The notes beneath the pieces were generated by a model. That model saw only the letters and a program-made list of their open reading frames with translations, made no database searches and was not told where the DNA came from. DNA of 64,000 nucleotides. It comes from a virus (lineage: Duplodnaviria; Caudoviricetes). The stretch spans positions 907 through 64,906 of the IMG/VR virus record IMGVR_UViG_3300028800_000096; one strand, given 5' to 3'. Positions 27,715-36,406 of the stretch are shown here, one piece after another. Made by a program: the position numbers and the translations under genes. Every line of letters begins with the position of its first letter. Position 1 is the stretch's first letter.

Positions 27715-28193
27715 CTGGTCGGGTTCCCCTGTGCATCTGATACGCGCGCCTCACCAAGAGAAGAACGGGCTTTTTGGACGAGATCAAACATAGGTCCGTA
27801 GTGCTCGCCGTACTCGCCGCCCATGATCGCCTCAGCTTCTTTAATTGCTGCCTCGTATAGATCCAGCGCATCCCGCATTGTATCGATAAGGGCCTGATGT
27901 TGGTTCAAGCTATCAGCGGAGCAAGGTTCTTCTGGTTTGCGTTCACCTTGCCTTGGGAGGAATTGCACGACCACATCGCCGGGACCGACGACAGTCGTTA
28001 CCGGAACACGAATAGTGATGAATATTCCGTTCAGCCGATTGCCATCGTCATCTTCCGGATCGAAAACTGCGGAATACATCGTGCCGCGAACGACCTGGTA
28101 GGGTGAACGCATTAGCTCATCCGAGAGTGACCCTGTTTGTTGAACCATTTCCTTTCCCATTCTTTTATTCTCCTGATCCTTTAGAGCGTTCAT
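27711..28193 (-). CDS. Hypothetical protein
   Basis: 160-aa ORF in the operon. Confidence 0.5.
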   Translation of the reverse strand: MNALKDQENKRMGKEMVQQTGSLSDELMRSPYQVVRGTMYSAVFDPEDDDGNRLNGIFITIRVPVTTVVGPGDVVVQFLPRQGERKPEEPCSADSLNQHQALIDTMRDALDLYEAAIKEAEAIMGGEYGEHYGPMFDLVQKARSSLGEARVSDAQGNPTR

Positions 28194-28221
28194 CCCGTCG
28201 TCATTCCCGTCCGTGATGAGG

Positions 28222-28689
28222 TCATGAGGTGGGGTCCTTCGCGCTCTTTGGCTTTCGGTGAGCTAGGATGATGCGCGTCATGGCAGAAGCATCCGGGCTT
28301 GCTGCCCAAAGTGCCGCTGCTAGTTCGATCGGTTCATCGATGCCATGATCGCGAAACCATCCCGGCTCTCGTTTGGCGTTCGGCGCATCGACTTCGACGC
28401 CCATCATGTGATGCGCGTGGCATAGCGGGACCAAGTAGCGATCGGTTGCTTTCCGCCCCATTGAGCGCTCTGCGGCAGCGGGTCCGTGCTTAAGGTGGTG
28501 CGGCTCGACTCCGACGACGTTGCAGCCCGGAATGCAGCATGGAAGTTTTTGGATCGCGAGCTTATGCGCCTCGCTATTGCCGGGGCGCTTCGCACGCCTC
28601 TTTTTCGGAGCAAGACGTTTTGACTTCTCCCGTTCTGTGACGGTAGGACGGAAGTTCCCTATGACCTTCTCTCCGAGGTAAGCCATCAC
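28222..28689 (-). CDS. DUF968/Ref-like HNH-type nuclease
   Basis: LPCCIPGC..EPHHL..MGRKATD..VPLCHAHH. Confidence 0.75.
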   Translation of the reverse strand: MMAYLGEKVIGNFRPTVTEREKSKRLAPKKRRAKRPGNSEAHKLAIQKLPCCIPGCNVVGVEPHHLKHGPAAAERSMGRKATDRYLVPLCHAHHMMGVEVDAPNAKREPGWFRDHGIDEPIELAAALWAASPDASAMTRIILAHRKPKSAKDPTS

Positions 28690-28931
28690 GCAGCCTCCTT
28701 GATCGCGTCGAGTTTTGCTCCCATGCCGATCAACCTGCGGAGTGTTTCAAAGAGTTCAGGTTCTTCTTTTCTGAGACGCATGAGTTCCTTCAAAACAAGT
28801 TCGCCCTTTGCCATCCATTCGAGAGTCTTGATGGCTTGCCCTAAGCCTGAGCGAATGTCCTCGTTGCGAGCCAAGGGGAGACAATCCCGGAGGCACGAAG
28901 CTTGGAAGGCGAGGCTTCTGAGTTCGCTCAT
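28686..28931 (-). CDS. Hypothetical protein
   Basis: Coupled ORF. Confidence 0.5.
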   Translation of the reverse strand: MSELRSLAFQASCLRDCLPLARNEDIRSGLGQAIKTLEWMAKGELVLKELMRLRKEEPELFETLRRLIGMGAKLDAIKEAA

Positions 28932-29824
28932 GCTGCACCCATCAAGTCCAACAGAGTGCCGCCAGAGACTTCCTGCTCGATGCCTGCGAGGTTCCGCGCC
29001 GCTTGGCGCCAGTAGCTTTCCTTAAGCTCGCAGCCGATGAATTTCCGTCCCGCCTTGATCGACGCAAACCCTTCCGAGCCGATGCCCATAAATGGAGAGA
29101 GAACCACGTCCCCAGGGTTCGACCAGAGCCGTATAGCTCGCTCGATCAGATCAAGCTGTAATGGGCAGACGTGGCGTTCGTCGTCGCTCTCGCGCGCTGT
29201 ACGCCCGTTCAGAACGTCTGTCTGGTCTATGTCCATCCAAACCGGAGACGCCCACTTCTGCCAAAGATCGACGGGGAATGAGCCCTTGTCTTTGCCGACC
29301 GGCTCCGGGTTATCTCCGGGCTTACGGAAGACGAGAACGTAATCCGCCAAGCCAACCCGGCTCATTGCACTGTCTTTGCAAAGCTGCTTGTAGAGAAGTC
29401 CGAGAGCCTTCGTGCGCTGCATTTCGACTACAGGGTCACGCCAGACGGTTATGCGGCAGTGATAAATCCAGCCCTCGGCCTCATGCGCATCACGGATTTG
29501 ATCGGAGAACGCCTTGATGCCGATAAACCCGTCTCTGAATTTGCGCGTCGGCAGATCAGTACAATGGACGGCGGTCAGCCGCCCCGGCTTCGTCACACGA
29601 TGAACTTGCCGGATGATGTGCCGATACTGCTCGAAAAACTCGCTCTCATTCTTGCAGTTTCCAAGGTCAGCGGCGCTGTCCGAGTAAACAAACAAATCAA
29701 CGAACGGCGGCGAGTAGACCGAAAAATGTACCGACGCTTCCGGCAATTCCGAAAGAGCGTGTGCGCTGTCGCCGTGAATGGCGGTCCAGTTCTGGCCCGT
29801 CTCTTGATTGAGAATGGTCGTCAT
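28928..29824 (-). CDS. DNA N4/N6 methyltransferase (beta class)
   Basis: SPPF catalytic motif before the VLSPFMGIGS SAM-binding motif; HVCPLQ. Confidence 0.9.
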   Translation of the reverse strand: MTTILNQETGQNWTAIHGDSAHALSELPEASVHFSVYSPPFVDLFVYSDSAADLGNCKNESEFFEQYRHIIRQVHRVTKPGRLTAVHCTDLPTRKFRDGFIGIKAFSDQIRDAHEAEGWIYHCRITVWRDPVVEMQRTKALGLLYKQLCKDSAMSRVGLADYVLVFRKPGDNPEPVGKDKGSFPVDLWQKWASPVWMDIDQTDVLNGRTARESDDERHVCPLQLDLIERAIRLWSNPGDVVLSPFMGIGSEGFASIKAGRKFIGCELKESYWRQAARNLAGIEQEVSGGTLLDLMGAA

Positions 29825-31230
29825 GATGCCCCCAAGAATGCCGGAAGTTGAACGGTGCGGTTCGGCTTATATGGCGCGCGAGCCACCTGCTTGTTCGCGG
29901 CGCGGGTCATAGCGGCGCGCATCGCTTCGCCCATTTCATCGAAGCCGTCAGCCTTGCGCGATATTGCTTCGATGATCGATTGCTCCGTGTCCGCCATTGC
30001 CACATGGACATGCACGGGCCGTTTTTGCCCGAATCGCCAGCACCGCCGCACGGCTTGGTAATAGCTCTCAAACGAGAAGGACAAGCCGGTAAAGGCCATC
30101 CTGGCGCAGTGCTGTAAGTTTAGCCCCATGCCTGCGATCGACGGTTTCGTGACTAGGATGCGCGACTGCCCACGAATGAACGATAGAAGGCGTTCCTCTT
30201 TCTCATCCGGCTTCATGTTGCCGCGAACTTCGATGGCATCCGGCAACAGCGGCATGATGGCGTCGGCGTCATAGTCGGTATCGACCCATATCAACCAAGG
30301 CTCATCGGGTTCGGCCGCAACGAGTTCAGCAACGACGTTGGCGCGTCTTTGAGCGGTCAGACGCTTCTCTTTATGGATGGACGTGGCAGACGTATCCGGG
30401 ATGCGGAAAATACGCCCCTGACCGTCCTTCTCGGCTCCTACGTCAATCGACCGATCGGCTTCAACGATGTGCGTCTTGGTGATCAGCTCCGGAAGGACAT
30501 GCATTGCGTCATCAAAGCCAAGGTCGCTCGGCCGCGTCATGCACCGCGCCCAAGATGCGACCCAATTCCAGAAAGGTTCGACTGCGTGACCTTTGAGCCG
30601 CCAGACTTGGCTCGCCGTGCTCGTGTCGTTGATGAACCAGCGCGAGAGCATTTCCATTGAGCGCATTGCGCCGAGAAATTCAGCTTGCTGGCCAAGCTCC
30701 ATATGATCGTTCGGCGCCGGCGTCGCGGTGGCGGAGAGCTTGAACGGCAGACCGGAGAACTTCTCAATCAAAGCGCGAGAGGTTCGGCCGTTAAATCCCT
30801 TGAGGATCGAGCTTTCATCCAGAATGACGGCGCCGAAGTCCACATCGTCAAACAGGTGCAGGCGTTCGTAGTTGGTCACGTAAATGCGCTTTCCGGCGAT
30901 CTCTGACGGATCACGAATGGCCTTGGCGTCGATGCCGAACTTCTCAGCTTCGCCTTGGTGCTGATTGGCGACCGCCAGAGGCGCGAGCATTAAGACGGGC
31001 TTATTCGTTGCCCGAACCAGCACTCGGCCATAGTCGAGAGAGCAGAGCGATTTACCCAAGCCCGTTGCGAGAAAAAGTCCCGCGCATCCGGTGCGGAGTG
31101 CAAATTCGGTGCAGGCCGCTTGGTGCGGAAACATCTGAGAGTTGAGCGCCGGGATACGCTTCAAACCCTTGGGTTCGAACGTCACCGCTTTGCGGGCGAT
31201 CAGATCGCGGTAGGCCGCTAAGTCTGTCAC
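29821..31230 (-). CDS. SNF2-like superfamily 2 helicase
   Basis: TGLGKS, DESS, SATATPAPND, GMGLNLQ and RCWRFGQ motifs. Confidence 0.9.
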   Translation of the reverse strand: MTDLAAYRDLIARKAVTFEPKGLKRIPALNSQMFPHQAACTEFALRTGCAGLFLATGLGKSLCSLDYGRVLVRATNKPVLMLAPLAVANQHQGEAEKFGIDAKAIRDPSEIAGKRIYVTNYERLHLFDDVDFGAVILDESSILKGFNGRTSRALIEKFSGLPFKLSATATPAPNDHMELGQQAEFLGAMRSMEMLSRWFINDTSTASQVWRLKGHAVEPFWNWVASWARCMTRPSDLGFDDAMHVLPELITKTHIVEADRSIDVGAEKDGQGRIFRIPDTSATSIHKEKRLTAQRRANVVAELVAAEPDEPWLIWVDTDYDADAIMPLLPDAIEVRGNMKPDEKEERLLSFIRGQSRILVTKPSIAGMGLNLQHCARMAFTGLSFSFESYYQAVRRCWRFGQKRPVHVHVAMADTEQSIIEAISRKADGFDEMGEAMRAAMTRAANKQVARAPYKPNRTVQLPAFLGAS

Positions 31231-31397
31231 CGTATCGTCTCCACATCTTCCCCAGCGTCTTTCAAAAGACGAATGAAGAATTTAGATTCCGCATAAAACT
31301 CATCTGCCTTGGCGTAGTCTCCACGGGCACGAGCCTTCAGATGCTTTTCCATAAGCTCCACGGCTTTTGCTCTGGCATCTGCAACAGGGTCGATCAT
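31227..31397 (-). CDS. Small hypothetical protein (56 aa)
   Basis: Read by hand (MIDPVADARAKAVELMEK...); overlaps both neighbours by 4 nt. Confidence 0.5.
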   Translation of the reverse strand: MIDPVADARAKAVELMEKHLKARARGDYAKADEFYAESKFFIRLLKDAGEDVETIR

Positions 31398-32044
31398 CGT
31401 CCGGCTCTTGCCATGCGTTTATGAACTGGTAAGCTGGTTGGCTCCGTGAGGGCGCGTTCGACACTCCAGCCGTAGTTTACAAGTCGAGCCTTCAGACAAT
31501 CCTTGTGCAAGCCGACTTCGCGAGCCCACGCTGATAGATGTTGGGTGCGGCCATTCCAGGTGATGTAGTGGTTGTCGGTCCGATGCTCGCCCTGTTCTAA
31601 GGGAGTTGCCCAGCGACAATTCCCAGGCTCGTAGTGCCCGTTCACGTTCAGCCTATCCACGCTGTGTTTCAGGGAGGGTCTTGGGCCGAGTTCCGCAAAG
31701 AATGAGGCGAAGTCTCCGAAGTGACATTCGATGCCACGGCCCCCATAATATTTGTAAGCCTTGTTCTTCGGGTTTGAGCACCGAGATATGATATGCCGCC
31801 AAGCTTGATGCTCTGGCGTGTTTGTCATGCCGTGCTGAAACTGATTCCTCGCGCCCATCTCTTTTCGCATGCAGCCACACGACTTAACGTGACCGCTCGA
31901 TAATTCAGACGCTCGCGCGACGATGGTTCGGCCGCAGTCACAAACCGCAGTCCATTTGTTAAGCTTGAGGTCATTGCGTCTTTCAATGATCACAAGACGC
32001 TCGAAGCGCATCCCCGAGGCGAGTTTTATTGCAGCTGCCATCAA
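31394..32044 (-). CDS. HNH-type homing-endonuclease-like protein
   Basis: CDCG..KSCGC..YGGRGI..SVDRLNVNGHYEPGNCRWAT. Confidence 0.85.
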   Translation of the reverse strand: MMAAAIKLASGMRFERLVIIERRNDLKLNKWTAVCDCGRTIVARASELSSGHVKSCGCMRKEMGARNQFQHGMTNTPEHQAWRHIISRCSNPKNKAYKYYGGRGIECHFGDFASFFAELGPRPSLKHSVDRLNVNGHYEPGNCRWATPLEQGEHRTDNHYITWNGRTQHLSAWAREVGLHKDCLKARLVNYGWSVERALTEPTSLPVHKRMARAGR

Positions 32045-32418
32045 CCCCTCGCTAAGCGCATCTGCATACGCTCAGACGCCTCATTTGATACGCTGCACCA
32101 GTAATCACGATCCAATGCTCGCCAGTCTGCGCGGGCCAAATTTGCGGCGTGGCGAGCCTCATGCATTTTCTTGACGTAGGACTTCCACTCGTCAGAACCG
32201 CGCACCATGTCTTCTGCTGCCGCCATGCTCTTGGCTATTTTGTTTTCGACCAACGCCAGCTTCATTTCCGCCATGACGATGGAGCGGCCTTCCTCGAAAC
32301 GAGCAGCGCGATCCTCGCAATCAGCCCAAGCCCGTTCTGCAACCCGTACCTGCTCTGATAGGTGCAGCCGTTGCTCGTGGGCTGGCATGTCGGTGACGAT
32401 GCGTTGGTGCGCGTTCAT
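32041..32418 (-). CDS. Coiled-coil hypothetical protein
   Basis: Coupled ORF. Confidence 0.6.
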   Translation of the reverse strand: MNAHQRIVTDMPAHEQRLHLSEQVRVAERAWADCEDRAARFEEGRSIVMAEMKLALVENKIAKSMAAAEDMVRGSDEWKSYVKKMHEARHAANLARADWRALDRDYWCSVSNEASERMQMRLARG

Positions 32419-32909
32419 CAGGCCGCGTCCTCTTTGCGGATCTGGTTCTCTATCCATCGCCGCACTCGTAGGAACCGCGCTTCTGGCGTCTCTCTTCCGA
32501 GGCCGCCTTCGTCATTCACGTAGGCAATCTCGCGAACGAGAGGTTCGGCAACATCAAACAGTGCTGCCACCTGGGGCGGGTCGTCAGGATCGACGTTGCT
32601 GGTATCGAGAGCATGATGCTTGGCGTAAGCGCCCATCGCACATACTGCGCCCATAGGTAGTTCGCGTCCGCATTCATCAACAAGCTCGTCGCCGCCGACA
32701 ATGATCTCATCCAATCCGGGAAGGCCATCATTGACGAGCACGTTCGGGTAAAGCTTCTTTTCCGGCATCGCGTCCATTGCCGCGAGAATGCCTTTCAGAA
32801 ATTTCTGACCCCGCTTGCCGCGCGTCGCGCTTTTAACTTGCGCGCGGTAGCGACCGCACCAGAGAACGTCGTCATCGTCATAATCGTCAATGTATCCGCT
32901 TCGGCTCAT
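32418..32909 (-). CDS. Conserved phage hypothetical protein
   Basis: MSRSGY.DD..RGKRGQ.FL..DAMP..EI.Y.NDE..ETPE.R family pattern. Confidence 0.7.
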   Translation of the reverse strand: MSRSGYIDDYDDDDVLWCGRYRAQVKSATRGKRGQKFLKGILAAMDAMPEKKLYPNVLVNDGLPGLDEIIVGGDELVDECGRELPMGAVCAMGAYAKHHALDTSNVDPDDPPQVAALFDVAEPLVREIAYVNDEGGLGRETPEARFLRVRRWIENQIRKEDAA

Positions 32910-33112
32910 CAGTCGTCCTTCCGGTTCTTCTGCAATCCTGAAAAATCATCGAACGCAAACCGAACGCGGGAAACGGTACAATGGGCTGTAACGCGAGATA
33001 ACTTTGTCTGCTCTATGATGGCGTCGAGGCTGTAGCCTTCTTTCGCCATCCATTCGGCGTCTGCTATGCGCTGCCAAAGCTGGCGGGTGTCATTAGTCTC
33101 CGGCATCCTCAT
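32909..33112 (-). CDS. Small HTH-like protein
   Basis: EGYSLDAIIEQTKLSR. Confidence 0.45.
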   Translation of the reverse strand: MRMPETNDTRQLWQRIADAEWMAKEGYSLDAIIEQTKLSRVTAHCTVSRVRFAFDDFSGLQKNRKDD

Positions 33113-33900
33113 GCAACTTCCACTTCTGACTTCGCTCGGCATGTCGAACACAGGCGGTTTCCGGGTCCGTCAGAAACGAATTCGGCCGAGCATGTTAGGC
33201 ATTTGCGGAGATGCTTCTTTTCCACGAATTCAAACAGACGTTCACATTCGCATATGGCCTCGTGCGCAAATCGAAGCTGGCTCAATGTGTCAGACCAAAG
33301 TTCGCGTGCCTCCGCGTGCTCTTCCGCCCACTTTTTGAGATCGGCAAGGGAAGCCTCAGTTTGCTCGGCTATGTCGGAATCGGTTGCGATCTGCTCTTGC
33401 ATCTCGTCAATCTGCGCAAACACTCCGACGAATGCCTTTCCAATGCGCTCCCACTCGTCTTGGTGCTGCTCGTAGCGGGCACGCCAATGGGATAGCTCTT
33501 TAAGCGCGTTACGCATCATGTGGACGGCGACAGCGCGATCTCCGTGAAGGACTGTGAATTCCTTGTAGCGGCGGCCGCCATCATTTTTGGCTTGGTCCTT
33601 GGTCACCAAGAACGCTCTGCCGCTCTTCGGTGTGCCATTCTCTGTGTATCGAACACGCACCGAACGGAGCATGTGGCGCGCCTGCTCAAGCCGAAAGAGG
33701 TCCGCGGCTCTGGCATCATTCCATTCAAAATAGCTATGCAACGGCGAATTGGACGACTTCGCCACGTCAACGATGTCACGAGGCTTCACTTCGCCCTTTG
33801 AGGCCAACTCGGAAAGCGCCGGACCAATCACCGCCGCGTCCTTGTCGGATAGGCGAGAGCCAACTACTGCATAGTATTCTTTGATCGAGATAATGGTCAT
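33109..33900 (-). CDS. Hypothetical partner protein downstream of the pentamer array, with a C-terminal Zn ribbon
   Basis: IVDVAK..SPLHSYFEWND..AA..RLEQAR.MLR motif; C-terminal RKCLTC..NRLCSTC. Confidence 0.7.
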   Translation of the reverse strand: MTIISIKEYYAVVGSRLSDKDAAVIGPALSELASKGEVKPRDIVDVAKSSNSPLHSYFEWNDARAADLFRLEQARHMLRSVRVRYTENGTPKSGRAFLVTKDQAKNDGGRRYKEFTVLHGDRAVAVHMMRNALKELSHWRARYEQHQDEWERIGKAFVGVFAQIDEMQEQIATDSDIAEQTEASLADLKKWAEEHAEARELWSDTLSQLRFAHEAICECERLFEFVEKKHLRKCLTCSAEFVSDGPGNRLCSTCRAKSEVEVA

Positions 33901-33906
33901 TGCTTT

Positions 33907-34171
33907 GTCTTTGCTATTGCGAGCCGGGCTGCGCTTAGGTTTGCAGGACTGGTCGCAGGTGTGCACGGCTCCAAACGAAAATCATAAATTGTCTAAGTAT
34001 CTTTGCTTTGGCCTGGTTATCTGTGCGACGGTTTGCATAGCAAAACATTGCATGCTCGGCGGTGCGCAGCAGAGAACCTGAAAATGGAATAAGAAATCTT
34101 TGCATCGGTTTGTTCTTCGCTAATCAGGGCAACGCATATCAGGTCAAAGGTCGGCTCTACTACGCTCAGCC
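33907..34171 (-). repeat. Three-unit array of 5-nt periodic motifs (triplet HGC/ACC/WGA + variable NN); candidate guide-RNA array
   Basis: Each unit has about 13-15 pentamers and ends in GCAAAGA (at 34103, 34006 and 33914). AT-rich linkers end in ATTTTC. Confidence 0.8.
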
Positions 34172-34173
34172 AT

Positions 34174-34770
34174 TTATTCCGCAGCCTCAGCGGCGACAGA
34201 ATTCTTCAATGTGAATTGTCCAAACACGCCGTTGCACTCTGGACGCCATGCCCCGAAGCCAACGGCAAAACCGGCGATCTGGAACAGGTTTAGAATTTGC
34301 GCTTCGCCAATCAGGCCCGCATTGAAAACAACCGGTATATCCATCGACCACGGGTTAAACATTGGACGATAGGCGATGCTGGTGATGCCGCCCTGCAGGC
34401 GAACCGTATCGCGGCGCATCGTCGGTTTAGAGCCCTTGATCGGGATCAGATCTCCCATGATGTTTATGAGACCACGAAGGTGGGTCATCTTCTCATCGGC
34501 AAACCGGCCGCCTGCCACGACGAGAGCTTTTTTGATGCCAACTGCCGGGAAGCCGTACACACCCTTGGAGATGACGTGCAGCGCGTCTTCAAACTCTTGC
34601 TGGGGGATGCGCGCCTCTTTCGCACCCTTGGCTTTCTTCTGCTGCTTTGCCTCAATCATTTCTACGGCGCGATCACCGAAGCGATTTGTTAGAAGCGGTG
34701 TTTGTCCCTCGATGGAAACAAGCATGCTCTGAAGGCGTATTTGAGGGATTTCGATTATTCGTTCGGTCAT
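34174..34770 (-). CDS. Stand-alone RAMP/Cas7-like protein
   Basis: SIEGQTPLL (RAMP beta1), YGFPAVGIKKAL (resembles the IPGSSLKGALR helix of Csm3/Cmr4), C-terminal Gly-rich loop GFGAWRPECNGVFGQF. Confidence 0.7.
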   Translation of the reverse strand: MTERIIEIPQIRLQSMLVSIEGQTPLLTNRFGDRAVEMIEAKQQKKAKGAKEARIPQQEFEDALHVISKGVYGFPAVGIKKALVVAGGRFADEKMTHLRGLINIMGDLIPIKGSKPTMRRDTVRLQGGITSIAYRPMFNPWSMDIPVVFNAGLIGEAQILNLFQIAGFAVGFGAWRPECNGVFGQFTLKNSVAAEAAE

Positions 34771-34781
34771 CGGGATTGATC

Positions 34782-35483
34782 CTAAAAGTGATAATTCATG
34801 CCGACGCGAACAGAATCCGCATCGAGGGTCGTATGATTTCCATAGCCGTGGCCGACAGGAGGATCGGTCAGAGAGGTCTGATCGCCGTTCTCAGTCCCGA
34901 AGTCGTAGTGGGCATATTCGAGCTTGAGGCTGATGTTCTCGGTCAGCTTTCTCTCAACGCCGCCACCGACAACAAATCCCGTGAACGTGTCCGTGCCGTG
35001 TGTCTGATAGCCTTTGGCTGTCGTCGTCTGCGTGGCTTCGCCCGTGTAGAGAGAAAAGCCGCCCTTTGCGAAGATCAGGGTCGCCGGATCAATCAGGAAG
35101 CCTACGCGGCCCGTGAAGGCGCCGAGGAAGCCACCATCAAGTGAAATGTCCTGATGGTTGCCAGACTGCGACGAAGGCGTCGCGATGCTGCCCGAAAGAT
35201 CGGCATAATCGAGGTCCGCTTCAACGCCGAAGACGAAGCGATCCATCTGCAGATTGTAGCCGAGAGTGCCACCGCCAACGAAGCCGCCGACACTGTTATT
35301 AAAGGGTCCGACAAACTTGGGGTCCTTGCCCCAGTCCTTCACGTTGTCCGTGGTCGTGGCATCGCCCCAGACATAGCCAAGGTTTGCGCCAGCATAAGCA
35401 CCGGTCCATGTGTCACCGGCCTGTACCGGGCTCGCTGCAAGGATCGCAGCAATTGAAACAGCAGTTAGAGTAAGAGCTTTCAT
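34782..35483 (-). CDS. Outer-membrane beta-barrel protein (Omp25/RopB-like)
   Basis: Signal peptide, WTGAYAGANLGY, GYNLQ..FVFGVEAD, LKLEY, C-terminal RVGMNYHF. Confidence 0.9.
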   Translation of the reverse strand: MKALTLTAVSIAAILAASPVQAGDTWTGAYAGANLGYVWGDATTTDNVKDWGKDPKFVGPFNNSVGGFVGGGTLGYNLQMDRFVFGVEADLDYADLSGSIATPSSQSGNHQDISLDGGFLGAFTGRVGFLIDPATLIFAKGGFSLYTGEATQTTTAKGYQTHGTDTFTGFVVGGGVERKLTENISLKLEYAHYDFGTENGDQTSLTDPPVGHGYGNHTTLDADSVRVGMNYHF

Positions 35484-35503
35484 TATATCCCCCTTGTTGG
35501 AAA

Positions 35504-36406
35504 TTATTGAACGGCTTCGAACGCCTTCTTGAGTTCGAGTGCCCCGGCCTTGTCCTTCGCCCAATACTCTTTCAGCGCCGCAGCATTGCGGTTGTGGAAC
35601 ATGCGAACACGGTCGGGATCTTCAGACTTGTGCTGAGCTATGAAGGCGAGAACCTTGTCGCCAAAGACGCCGACAGGTTCGCGAGCAAGCGGCTCGCCAT
35701 CGCACCAGTCGATCGTGATGCAGTTCGCACCACCGATGAGTTCGAAGCGCCGCTTTTGTTCCTCGCCTTCGATGATCTCGGTTGCGGTTAGGTTCAGGAC
35801 TTCCGCCTGATCCAGTTCGCCTTCGGAATAGGAACCGGCCGTCTCTTCTGGGAATGCCTTGCGGATGACGGCAGCTTCAACGCACTTCGCCATCATCGTT
35901 TCTGGCATCGTCCACCAGTTCTTTTTCTTGCGATCGAGAGTGAACTTTCCGGTCGGTTTGTTGTTCTCCCAAACCTCTTTGATCGGCGCGCGTTCTTCCC
36001 AGCGGAGTTTTTCCGAAACCTCAAACCATTCGCCGTGTGAATGGACGAAAACAGACACCTCGCAATCGACCATGCCGGTCGGATTGCTGTCACTCTTGAG
36101 TTCTTCGTCGTAGGTGAAGCGGGCAGGGCGATTATCTGGTCGATAGTTCTTCGACCGTGCGGCGATCTTGCGATAAAGGCCAATGCCGAGAACGGGCACC
36201 ACGTTGCGTGACGGCTCGTCAGGGTCGAAGCAGAAAAAATATATATCCCTTACAAAAGGGTTCGCCCCATAGATTTCGCACCATTCGATTGCTTCATCTA
36301 TTTCGGCGCCTCGCAGTTCCTTACCGACCGTCGCTTTGAATAGCGACAGCTTGCGGGCATCTAGGCGGGTGAGAGCTTTGTTTGTGATTGGAACAATATT
36401 AGACAT
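35504..36406 (-). CDS. bet: ssDNA-annealing recombinase (Red-beta/RecT family)
   Basis: C..YGANPF..IYF, GLYRKIAARS, W..MPETMMAKCVEAAVIRKAFP. Confidence 0.88.
   Translation of the reverse strand: MSNIVPITNKALTRLDARKLSLFKATVGKELRGAEIDEAIEWCEIYGANPFVRDIYFFCFDPDEPSRNVVPVLGIGLYRKIAARSKNYRPDNRPARFTYDEELKSDSNPTGMVDCEVSVFVHSHGEWFEVSEKLRWEERAPIKEVWENNKPTGKFTLDRKKKNWWTMPETMMAKCVEAAVIRKAFPEETAGSYSEGELDQAEVLNLTATEIIEGEEQKRRFELIGGANCITIDWCDGEPLAREPVGVFGDKVLAFIAQHKSEDPDRVRMFHNRNAAALKEYWAKDKAGALELKKAFEAVQ

Noticed and set aside
28928-31230. Restriction-modification or defence system
   Set aside because: No restriction endonuclease partner is evident; the SNF2 helicase plus methyltransferase pair is a common phage early module.
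33881-34081. 66-aa plus-strand ORF, and the upstream extension of the 33109 ORF to 33966
   Set aside because: These overlap the periodic array, lack an RBS and have no protein-like features; ATG 33900 is the better start.
33907-34171. Canonical CRISPR array
   Set aside because: There are no identical 23-47-bp repeats and no cas1/cas2; conservation is a 5-nt register plus a 7-nt end motif.
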